The translations under genes and the position numbers were made by a program. The notes beneath the pieces were generated by a model, which did not search any database, had not been told where the DNA came from, and saw only the letters and a list, made by a program, of their open reading frames with translations. A stretch of 58,655 nt of DNA, filler included, from Bipalium vagum (Eukaryota), in NCBI GenBank assembly GCA_037834085.1. It is 3 parts of 3 records of this genome, joined end to end, with 100 filler letters (N's around TTAATTAATTAA, not from the genome) between each part and the next. Parts side by side here need not be neighbours in the genome. Positions count along the whole stretch, not along the records: positions 17,953 to 35,013 come from JBBMKC010074625.1; positions 35,114 to 58,655 come from JBBMKC010208042.1; 1 more part is not named here. The stretch is one strand, 5' to 3'. Below, in pieces: positions 25,736-38,100 of the stretch (the first letter of the stretch is position 1; each line of letters begins with the position of its first letter).

Positions 25736-28700
25736 GGTTGAACTTCGATATCACTGCAGGTCTTTTGTTAAAGTTTATTTAATATTTTTGAATTAAAGAT
25801 ATTTCTTATGATACACAAATTTTTGAGAATCTAGACTTAAAGAGTGATTTTTTTTAATTAGCGTTTTATAGAAGCGCAGCGAGCTTGATAGCGACCACTT
25901 TCGTTAAAATTAAATAATATACTATATAGTTAAAAAAGTAAAGCTAAAAATTAATATTTCTTTGAGATTTAATTAATCATTTAAAACAAAGACAATATTC
26001 TGCAGCTATATCGAATGAGATTATATTAATATAAATATTATTAATATTAATTTAATTCTCAAAGTATATTTATTATATTTAATCTAGATAATTATTCTCT
26101 TCTACTATCTCTCACATTATTAAAATTTTGCTTTATTATTTAAGTATTAAAAATTCATTTTTTTATTTTCCTGCATTTTAACTTCATTTTTTTATTTTAT
26201 AATTTTTGAAACTTCAAAAACAGATTTTAAATAATTTTAATAACTTTTTTAAATGAAATAAATATTTATAATTTGATTAAATATTTTTATAAAAAAGTTT
26301 ATTTAGACAAAAATATTTCTCAGATATAAAAGTGATTTGTGTCATTCGTTTTTTTTTTAATATCCTTAATATTATTTAAGCAAAACTGTAAACTTTTAGA
26401 ATAAGTCTGAGAATTTTATTAATGTTATGAATTTTAACTAAATTCTTTTCAATATTTATTATAATTTTTTTTAATTTGATGTTTACATTTATAAAATGGA
26501 CAATAATTTTCTTTCAATTTAATATTGTTTAAAAATTTTAAAGTTTACGATTTCCAACATATATCTGTATTTCTTATTTATGTTATAAGGTAATATGGAA
26601 ATAGAGCAAATATGTAACATTTATTTAAACTAGTTTAAACTGGGTTATAGAACAGCGGAAGCAAGTCGCAACAATAACGGCGCATCATTTATTACAGCTT
26701 CTTGAGTTTTGATGAAATGATCACGGCAGACATATACTGTCACCAAATTGAAATTTTGACAAAATCATTCAGCATTAGTCAATAATAAAAGGACCGACTC
26801 TGCTTCAGGACAACGCTCGGCAACACGTAACAAAATTCACCCTACAAAAAATTAAACCAGTTATGCTACAAAATCATACCACATCCACAATACTCACCAG
26901 ACTTTTTACCACTTCCTAAAGCATTTGGACAACATATTAAGAGATAAATATTCTAGAAACCAAGTTGACACCAAAAATGATTTTATCGCTTCCAATGCCA
27001 GATTTTTAAGTTATTGACATAAATAAACTGTTGTCTTGCTCGACAAAATATATTAAGTCGAATGGTTCTTATTTTAACTAACAAAGTTTGATTTTAATTA
27101 AAATATAAGTAAGTAAGGTATATATTAAAAGCTCAAGGTAAACAACCGTCATTATTTTTTTAAGCAACCTAATAATGAAAATTTCTAACTCAAAATAGTT
27201 ATTTTTTTAAAAAAATTTATTATAATCAATTAAGTCAGTAATAATAATTATTATTATTTTTAATCAAATTTTATGTATTCCTATTCTTATATGATAAAAA
27301 ACTTATTATCGAAACTATTACTGATATATTGTCTTGCAATGATTGATCCTGCTATTTTCATTGGAGAAAATATTTTTTAAATGAATGAAAAATTTGGCTG
27401 TGAAAAATTTTAAATTAATTTCTGCTGTCTTCCATAAATTAGAGCTGCCTTAGGAATTCATAAATTGAAAACACAATTTATAATAATGAAATTTGTACTT
27501 GTTTTAATGATTCTTAAATTAAAATAATTTAATTATCACAAATTTTGTCCATTAGATTTATTGGTTAAAAAATGGAGAGAAAATAACAAGGAAAACCCAT
27601 CCTCAAATTGAAATCGATGATTATGGAGAATTGTTGTTATCGAATTCTAAGATAAACGATGCTGGAAATTATTCCTGTGTGGCCACAAGCTTTGGGGTTG
27701 AAAGAATTACAACAGCCAAAATTACCATTGTTGGTTGGTATTAATCAGTTTTACTTTTTGATTAATATTACCAGTAGAGTACTTTTTTCAATTTATTGAC
27801 AAATATTTGATTTGATTATTATTAAATGTGAAAATTATCAGTCAAATATAAATAAAATCCTGTCATTTCCAATGTACTCTTTAAAACAATTATTTGAAAA
27901 AATTATAAAAACTGGAAAAAAAATTATTCCCATTTCTCTTTCAAAAGGAAATTGGCGTACTTTAGAAATCATTCACCTTCACTAATGACTATTATTATTT
28001 TTAACCATTATGCTGTTACATATTATATTAATTATTAACAATTTGTATTTTATTAAATAGTGTGAAACACTGAAATGTGGAAAAAAATTATTAAAACCAA
28101 TGGAATAGGTACTTTTTCACAAAACTAAATTTGTTTAAATTATTTCTATTTTTTTAATAACCATTTTTTAAAAATAATGTTAACATTCGTACTGTTGTTT
28201 TAATTTTATGTCAAACAATTAAAATACTGAAGAAACGTGGCTCATTTAATTAATTTATCATTGACTTCCATTTTCTTTTCAAAATTTATTTTATAAATAT
28301 ATTTCATATATTAAGTCAGTTAATTAAAAATCATGAGAAACTGTATAATTCCTCCTTCTGACATAATCAAGGAAACCATTTATTTCAAATGAAACTTGAG
28401 GAAGAACTTTTCTTAATCAGGTGTATAAATTAAGTTAATTTCTCAATTTCCTTTGATGATAATAATTGTAAATTTCAAAGTTTTCAGATTTCGAGAGAAA
28501 TATCAGCTTGGTCGGAAATTTAGACCTGAATATAATATTTTTCCAGAAACTCCAGTTGAAAATTAAAAATTAATAAAAAAAAACAAAAATATAAAATGAA
28601 ATTAAACTTTCTGGTGGAAATTAAAATAATTATTTTAATTTATTTTTTAATATGGAATTTTGAATAATTAATTTTTCTCCGTATGGATTGATTTTGTTTT

Positions 28701-31700
28701 AATCAATTTATCAAGGAAATTTTTTTCAAAAAAATGTTATTATTTCTAATTAATTTAAATTCGATTATTCATTGTGTTGAGATGAGAAAATAATAATTTT
28801 ATTATTTAATATGCACATAAAAAAAGATATGTAAATAGATTTATGTTAATACAATTTGATTCAATGAGAGAAAAACGTCGTTATAAAAATGAATTATTTC
28901 TCATTAAAAAAGAATTATTGTGAAAATAACATTGTGAGAATATTTTTTTCAGAAACCGGTCAGTGGTCACAGTGGACTGAATGGACAGGGGTCTGTCCGT
29001 CACAGTGCTTAAAGAAACTTTCTTGTCCCATAGAATGCAGTGCTACAACGCGTCAGAGAATTCGTTTTTGTAAAAAGACCAATACGAAAAAGGTTTTCTG
29101 CACGGGATCAAAGATCGAATTTCAAAGATGCGATGTCAACTGTGACCTGCGTTGGTTTTTCTTTTGATTATGTTAATAGAGAACTCCTTAATTAATCGGA
29201 TTGTCAAATTATCTGAGATATATTATTCACTTCAAATATTTAATTTTCTCTAACGAACTGTGATTAATTAACAATGATTTGATATTTGAAGATTGGACAT
29301 TTTGGTCAGAATGGAGCAAATGTTCAGGAAGTCCTTGTGAGAAGGAACGAACTCGACAGTGTACTACCCCTGGCTGTACGACACCAAAAAGAGTCGAAAC
29401 CGTCAACTGTACGGCTGCCGAATGCGGAGGTGAGTCTGTGTGTGAAATATTCTTTTGATGACTGTGATCTAATGATGATAAATTGGGATGCTCCATCTGA
29501 GAGATTTCTGAGCATTTTCCCCAAATTCCAAACAGCTTCTGACATTGGAAAAATAATATCTGATATTTTTTCCGAATTAAAAGGATATTAATTATTTTTT
29601 CTTTTAATAAATTGATGGTTGATATATCGAGCTTATCTAAAATTATTTTTTATTTTAATTACCTGCTAATTAATCATATTATTTAAGATGATAATTTATA
29701 ATTTCAATGACATTTATTTTATCACCAAAGTCGTATCTGTAAAATGGATTAATTATTAAATAAATATCGCAGAGATCCTGACTTAGAAATATTTGTCACG
29801 CTTTACTTTATTGTAAATTGAAAAATATTTTTTCGAAAATTATTTTTTAATTAATATTTAATTGAGAGTTTTTTTTAAAAATTCTAATTTATTCTGAATT
29901 TTTTTTTCATCACATTTATTGTACATATTAAAACCGAAACCATTAAATTATGCTTGATATTTTTATATATTGACCTTATTCTTAAACTCAATTTGTATTT
30001 ACTGAAATCTGATAAATAATAAAAAATCAAAAGTATTTTGCAAACACGAAAACGATTTAATCGGAAAATAAAATTTAATTGATTCAGATTCGCTTTCTTT
30101 ATTGATAATTGTACTTTATCCTAATTTATGGAAAATTTCTTAGATAAAATATACAAATAAATACTTAATAATTTAAAACCAATTATTATTATTTATCTGT
30201 TATCTTGATATTACAATATAATTATAGATGAATTATTTTAAGATGTGAAATTATTTATTACTCAAATTTTAATAGTAATATTATAATAAATATTAAATAA
30301 ATTAATTGATTTTACATTACATTCATATTTTTTTAATTTTCAATTTTAAATAAAACATTTTTTCCTAAGAAAATTAAAAAAAAACTTTATTAATAATATT
30401 ATTATTATTTGTTAATATTTTCAATTTTTGGGTTTTAGGTGTTCATTATAAATCAAAGTAATTATTATTAATTATAAAAAACAAAGCTTTATTATTATTT
30501 TTTCAATTTTTATTTTTATTATTATTTAAAGACTTTCAGTAGCAATATATCGTAAATTCAATTTTTAATTGTAGTGAAATCAAATTTTGATAATTAAGAA
30601 ATTAAACAAGCATCAGTAAAAACAAGATTTTATTGTCAAAAATTTCCGAAAATTATTTCAATTTTCCTTACATTTTATATTTTAATAATCGCTGAAATTG
30701 CTAAAAAAACCTTATTATTGGACATAGACAGGTTAAAAGGAAAATTTATAATTTATTTTATATTTTTATTGTAAATTAATTTTATAATAATTTTTAGAAA
30801 TAATATGAACATAATTTCTACAAATACAAATTACAGTCATCTTTATTTGTTTTAACACAACTTTACCTTTATTAAATTGTGAGTGGGGAAAGCTAATGAA
30901 AGTAATGAGGATAAAATTGGATGTTTTTTAAGGTATTTCCATTGACTTTCATTTTTAAAAAATCTAAGGTTAATAAATCAAAAACGATTTATTATAGAAA
31001 ACCCTCATTAAATATTATCATAAATCATTAAAATCATTTTAAGAACTATTTTTGAGATATTTTATTGAAAATATATTTTTTATTTTCTTGGAACTAGATA
31101 GATGATGGGTAAAGAGCAAAAACCTCCGATATTGATAAAATTGATTTTTAAAAAAAAGAATTATAGTAATAAAAAGAAAAGAATGATATTTTATATGAAT
31201 TATAAACAATTTGTTCAACAAAGAACAGTTTCAGAACTCCAAAATACTGCATAGACTTTCCAAAAGAAGGTAAATCAATGATGGTGTGAATTTCAAATCA
31301 AAAGAAAATTATCCCGAGAAAATTCTGATCTTATATTATGGAGATCCTACAGAGAGTTAAAAAAAGAAAATGAAATATTAAGGGCACTTTATTCTGCAGT
31401 GATACCTTTTTGTTTACTGAGAATGTAATTTGCTTTATTTGTTCAAATCAAATTGAATTTAATATTTCCTTTAATTTGATTAATGAAATTAAATGCATTT
31501 TAAAAATTTAGGAAAGCTTTAATCGTCATATTTAAGATAAATTATTTTCCAGTGTTTTTGAGAATAGAAATATGGGTTAATAAAAATTTATTGTGATATC
31601 CTTATGGAAAATCTTTTTTCTTGAAATGTACAAAACTTTCTAAATTGACTATATAATGAAACTGAGACTCGTATTAAAGCAATGAATTCATTCAACAGAT

Positions 31701-33955
31701 ACAACATGATTATTGCCTGTTGCACTGAAATCTTCGTCATTTTATCTTCATCTGTATTATTTATTCAGCTTTTCTTCTATGGGAATATGATTTTTTGATG
31801 AAATCCTGAAAAAGAATGATTTTATGAATTATAATAAAAATTTCATAAAAGACAATGAAAAATTATCAATCAATTTTACAATGTAAAAATTATTTTATTC
31901 ATTTTGAATAATACGCTGAACAAGAATTAATGTTAAATTTCTATTTTATAGAAAATTATTTAATTTAATTTTGATTATAATACAAATTTTTGAATAGTTT
32001 TTAAAAAACAGATAGAAATAAAAAATTTTCATTTTAATAAATAACGTTATATTATATTTCAAAATAATACATAATTCCAGTTTCAACTATCGAAATTTCG
32101 ATTTTCGTTAATTAAAACAAAGTTAGAATTCAATGAATTATTTATAATCAATTCCTAATTAAATAAAGTTTTAGTAAGAAAATTTATAAATTAATGGAGA
32201 AATTTTATTTTTTATATAAACAACTTCATATTGTCTATTGATTGGCAATTTACCTGACCAGACCAAAGTAATTAATAAAAATATGACATTGTTTATATTT
32301 GTTTATATAATATTGTCATACTTTTTTATATTTTCATTGAGGAATTACTAATTTAATTCCGAAATGAATCATTTCTTTATCCTTTCCATTTTTTAACATT
32401 TTTATTTATCATCAAAATGTTCGGTTTCACAATATATTTATTATTTCTGACAATTATTGACATAATTCAGTTTGTCATAAGCGGATTTGATAATCTGTCT
32501 TGAAAATATTATTTTATATTTTCATCTTTTTACATCCTCTCTATGTCTTAATTGAATTGATTAATTAATAATGATTAAACTAGATTATTTCTTAATAATG
32601 TTTTTCAAGAATTATTTTTCATATTCTTTTATTATTATTTTTTTCACTATTATATAAAAAAATGGAATTTTTTTATTGCTCCTTTTTGTTTGTTTTGATT
32701 TTACCTTGATCAGTCATTCCGTTCGTTGTATCATTTTGTTTGCTTTATAGTTATGATTGAGCTCCTCAAATTCCGGAAATAGATAAAAATTTATTATATA
32801 TAAATAATAATATAATATAATTATAATATATATAATAAGAATAAATATTTTCTACGACCATTTATGAAAATTATCAGATATCTCTTTAAAAATCAAAATG
32901 AAATGATACAATCGATTTCTCATAAAAATGGTTCTAAGAACTTTGTCAGAATCATTTTTATGTTTCTAAGTAAAAATCGGAATGTTGAAAGAGGAAGGAT
33001 TAGTTATTTGTTTTATCTTGTAGAAGAGATAATTCTCTGTGAAGGAATATTAGAATGTCTGTTCTGGAAAATATCGGAACGATCAATTTATCAGAGATAA
33101 AAACACGTGACGGATCATTTTTTGATCAATTTATTTTTCTTTACATCACTAAAACAATATTTCATTCATATAATGAAATTCAATATTTGACATGAAATGT
33201 TTATTGAATATAATCAATTATATGATGGTAAAAATTTGTTTATGTAATTGATTCAAAAATTTTAAAACATTCTAATTAAAACAAAAAAATGTCTAAAGTA
33301 ACAATTACCAACTTCAGTAAAAGAAAATTAAATGTTTTTTTCTTATGTTTTCATCAAACATTTTCATCAAATTCTAATTTTTTACTTATTAAACATGAAA
33401 TCAATATTAATTAATGAAAACTAGGTATCATTATTTATTTCTCCGTGAAATAGAAATACTGCAAAGGAAAAGCATCGGATTTCCTTTTAGAAATATCCCG
33501 TGCAAATTTCCTATAATATTCTATTTCCTTTTCACTAGGTTCAATTAAGATAAATTTTTCGTTCCCTAAATACAATTATTAGTGTCACAATTAAAATATA
33601 ATCGTTTTCTATTTCGAAGAACAGTTATGTTGAAACTATGAAGAAAAAGTGAAAAATCAGACCTTAATATTACTTTTAATAAAAATATTATTGAATAATT
33701 GCATTATCTGTTATCTCTTTGTGAACCATGATACGGAGTCGTTTCCATTCAAGAAAATGGACGTAAAATTCCATCTTTTGATTGTGGCGCCAACAATTCA
33801 AGTTTTGTCTTTAGAAGAATACTACTTTAGAATTTAGATGAATGAGAATTATTTCCAGCTTTAATTATTTAATAATAAAATAATAATAATTCAAAATTGA
33901 GATATTTTTTTTCTAGGATCTGTGGCTTTATTCACCAATAATAACAAAATTCCAG
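20047..33955 (+). CDS. unc-5: Netrin receptor UNC-5, 3'-partial (extracellular part); exons 20047-20512, 23461-23564, 27556-27733, 28953-29150, 29292-29429 and probable micro-exon 33917-33955
   Basis: Phase-consistent GT-AG splicing gives a signal peptide, Ig1 (PKFILQPQSVYYVAKNKPVTITC..YKCYCEAWN), Ig2 (YINKEFKTVP..LSCIPPDAKPPAEIYWLKNG..DAGNYSCVA), TSP1 (GQWSQWTEW..RQRIRFC) and TSP1 (WTFWSEWSKCSG..RTRQC). Ig-Ig-TSP-TSP with the KNKPV and PPAE-x-x-WL motifs is the UNC-5 architecture. TM, ZU5 and death-domain exons are not on this contig. Confidence 0.88.
25684..25735. repeat. (ATT)n microsatellite
   Basis: About 17 perfect ATT units in UNC-5 intron 2. Confidence 0.95.
26596..27172 (+). mobile_element. 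Internally deleted mariner in UNC-5 intron 2
   Basis: FKLGYRTAEASRN is joined directly to ITADIYCHQI..GPTLLQDNARQHV..PHPQYSPD; right TIR ends GCAACCTAA|TA. Confidence 0.8.
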
Positions 33956-34849
33956 GTGAGTTTATTATTATTTCAGATCGTTTTTTCATAATAGATTGTT
34001 TCAACTTTTAAAAATAAATAAATAATATTCTTGTTTAACAAATTATATTTTTTAATAACTTATGTCTTTATTTATTGTATCTTGAACTTTCCGAGAAGGG
34101 TGACATTTTTATATCATAATTCATTTTCATTATTTATTGAATTTTACATTTTTTGTAATATTAAAATACTAAAATATTTTTGATATTCATATGGAATCTC
34201 ACTACACCCGTTCAGTAATCAAGACCAAATCATAAGAACAAAAAAAACTTTTTAACGAAAGCTGTCAAAAAAAAATTCTTGGATATCAAGCTTTCGTGGA
34301 TTTTTCCAAATCAGAAATATGGTTAAGTATGGAAATCGTGTATATGATCATTTCCAGGAATTTTTTCTTGAAATCACACAAAATTTTAATAATGATGATG
34401 ATGTTATTATTTAATACTTTATAACATTTATTTTCTCATACGTGAATTAAATCCCGGATTTGGTGTAATTGGCCAAATTCGGAATTTCGTGTTCAATAAT
34501 TAATATTGATGTATGTGACATTTGCTGAATTTATATTTCCTTAATATAATGATTTTATATTATTTTCAATTTAGCATATTAATATGATTTTCTTCCAGGA
34601 AATAAAAATATTTTAAAAAATTTAATGCAATCTATTTTTTCAACATAGTAATTATCCGTCTCCTTTTGGTTAGGTATGATAATTTTAATTATAAATAAAG
34701 CTTAAATAAATGGAACATTTACCACCCAGGGAATTGTCTAGTGATAGAAATGATTTTCTTATATTATATCAATAATAATATTCTGCATTTTATGACTAAA
34801 ATTCGATTTTTACAAAAGCTATACATTCATATTTGATGCGTATCATTTT

Positions 34850-35013
34850 TCAATTCATTTACTGGAAATATTTTAATTCATTTCATGGAAATTGTGAATT
34901 TTTTAAAACTGCCAATATCAACGGTATATGAAGTTGCCCGGAAATATTACAATCAACTGGTATCAACCAACTCACTAAGACAAATTCACAACCGATCCAT
35001 GACCAGAAAGCGG
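34850..35013 (+). mobile_element. Probable Tc1/mariner-superfamily (maT-like) N-terminal HTH fragment at the contig end
   Basis: EIVNFLKLPISTVYEVARKY resembles a transposase HTH and runs into the gap. Confidence 0.4.
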
Positions 35014-35113
35014 NNNNNNNNNNNNNNNNNNNNNNNNNNNNNNNNNNNNNNNNNNNNTTAATTAATTAANNNNNNNNNNNNNNNNNNNNNNNNNNNNNNN
35101 NNNNNNNNNNNNN
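35014..35113. other. Artificial contig linker (44 N + TTAATTAATTAA + 44 N)
   Basis: Same 100-bp design as 17853-17952. Confidence 0.97.
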
Positions 35114-38100
35114 TAAGGATACACTTTGAATACCTCCCATCCTTTAATAGTTCCAAGTCTGACTATGTGATAGTAAAGATTTTATTATTACTTATGATTT
35201 TTACTGACTTGAAATATAGAAAAATATTTTAGAACCGGCTCGGAAAACGCTTCAGGAACTTCTTATTCCTAAATCTCCATTAAATGGGATATTGAGAGTT
35301 GACAGGTTATATCCTTGATTATTTTTTAAATTTAGACTCTTATCTGTATAATGGTTTCAGAGGAAATATTGTTATAATAACAAGAAATCAAAATTTCCCT
35401 TTTTGAATAAAAATTTAATTTATTCTATTTTTATGAAAATATTTGTTTGAAAACAAAGTTTCCGGACAAAACATATTCATAGAAAAAATTGAATATAAGA
35501 CGAATATCAAATGAACAATTTATGATACAATGTAATATTACACCAACAAAGTATATGGTTTTTCTATGAACTTTATTGATTATGTAAACAAATATTTTCT
35601 CATTTTATTATGAGAATTTCAAGATGCAAAATGATTTATTTCTGTAGCTTTAATAAAAAATATTTGCAAAATTAACTATTGAAATCGGACAATTTATATT
35701 AGACAACCTAGCATTTTTCTAACTGAAAACAGATTAGTGATTTTGTTTTGATCTAAATTTGCAGATTCGATCAATTATATTTCAATGCAGAATTGATTTT
35801 AGAACAGTGTTCTTTTAAATCTTTGGATATCTACTAAAAATATATTTTTTAGATTATTGTATAATAATTAATATATGAAGAGTAGTTTCAAGTCAGTAAA
35901 TTTTTCAGTTATTTTAAATTTTATAGCATTATCAAAGCTTTTATTTCTTTTAAAATTGAAATTTTCTGTCACGACAATAATTTCTTTTAATAATTATCAT
36001 AATTACGATTATTTTATGAAAAAAATTCAATTCGTATAATTTTTCCTTTAAATTTAACATTTTTTGGGTGTAAAATTTATTATTTTATAAAATTGATTTA
36101 TATGAAAAAAGCTTGTATTTTAAATTGTGCATTAACGATTTTAAAAGAATTTTGATCCTTCAAAATCCAAAGAAGATTTAACTAAACAAAAAATAAAATA
36201 ATTGTATAAAATTAATATAATTTTTATTACTTCGCCTTTTATCTAATTTTATTTCCATTAAGAAATTGCTTAAAAGATAATTATACGATAATTAATGGCA
36301 GTCGAGTATGTTCATACGGATGTGTACAGACCACATGTTATAAAGTTGATATTCCTGAAAAATTTTTAAAAGTAATTGTTTTATTTTTTCAATTATTTTT
36401 TATCGTTTATTAAAGTCGTGCGCTCTGATCAATAATTCCGGACAAATAACACATTCAGATAAAGAAGGAGAAGGAGTTAAAGATGTCGATATTGTGCTCT
36501 TGATTACACAGTTAAAGTGCCCCGAAGGTACTTTGGCATATGCAGGTTCATGCTTCATTGAAAGTATTCTGGATCGGTAAACATTTATTATGCCCCCGTA
36601 ATTGTTTTGAAATTAAATTAGACCAATCTTGGGAATTGTAAACTTATGTCAGAAAAACATTGAACCATACAAAAACGTCAAAGAAAATATCAAGGTGGTT
36701 ATACATGAGATTATTCATGCTTTGGTATTAATTGCTTATTGTTATCGAACATAGTATTTTTTTAATGAACAAATTAAGGGTTTTGCAGTAGACAAGTATG
36801 CCTTCTATAGATATCAAAATGGAACGCCAATAGTTCCAAGAAACAGTTTTGGATTCCCAGATAATGGCGTGCATTCGTCTGGATTGTGAGTATTTGATTA
36901 TAGTTTTGAATTTTTAGTATCCTTTTTAAAATCCGATATGAATATTCATTAATTTAACGTATTAGTTAATTTTAAAATATTAATTTAATTTAAAAAAAAT
37001 AATAAGAGACACTATTTAAATTTATTAATTTAAGGAAATTTGTTTAAGTATTTTTATTGGAATAATAAAATTTCTGGATTTATTGAAATAGCTGCTTTTT
37101 TTTTTACACATTTTACGATTATTAGTTGATAATTAATAAATTTTAAATCATATATTAAAGTAAAGTAGTTTATAGATTTTTAAAAAGAAATCATTAAAAA
37201 TGTTAATTTTTATATTAACCAAGCTTCTATATTTGACTCATTCACTAATTGCGACTATGTTTAACAATAAATTTATTGATTTATTATTATAATGGCAAAT
37301 CCGAATATAACCTATACAATCTTAATTTTTCTGCAATATATAAAATTACAAACAAAAAATTAATTACACCAACGATGGAGTTTATTTCGTTATTTATTTT
37401 TTTTAAAATTCGAGACTTCGATGTATCACTTTTGAAATTAAAATTTTAGTATTACAAACAATGTTAATTAACTTTTTGAATTAAAAGTTTCATATTATAA
37501 AAAAAAATAATTAATTTTCTTTATTATTATTAAAATACTGTCAAAATCGGGTTTTGTACCTTTGGCAAATCCAACAATAACATCATCAACTCCATGTGCA
37601 TACCACAAATACCTTTTCGAACACACCTCTTGCTTTGTTCACGAAGTACAAATTTGGATAACCAATAATGAAAATCATATTAAATAATAGATGAATTAAT
37701 AATAATAACAGAAAAGAAATAACAATAAGTACAATCTTATCAAATATTGTTCATAACTTGATCCAAGACAAATCATTAACAGGCGGCTCGTTGCCAACCG
37801 ATCTTTACGGTACCTTGTCACGTCATGAAATGAAAAGGAACAATTATTTAGTTGAGTTGAATTGCTGCATAATCTGAAACCATTTAAAAACAATTTTTAC
37901 TATTCATTGAAAATTCCAAAACATGATCTTCAGCGATAATAATATTCTCCACACGACTCCTGAAGCCATAAAATGAGATTTTAAGGAATTTTGCAAGCAA
38001 AATCTGAACTTCTTGACACTATTCTTATAAGATCACATTTATTGTTATAGACAGTTTTATTAGAAATTTTTTCAAAAACAATCCAAAACAACTATTCAAG

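Noticed and set aside
29227-29591. Three overlapping ORFs (29227-29496, 29286-29591, 29324-29545)
   Set aside because: They are off-frame or antisense shadows of the GC-richer UNC-5 TSP2 exon (29292-29429).
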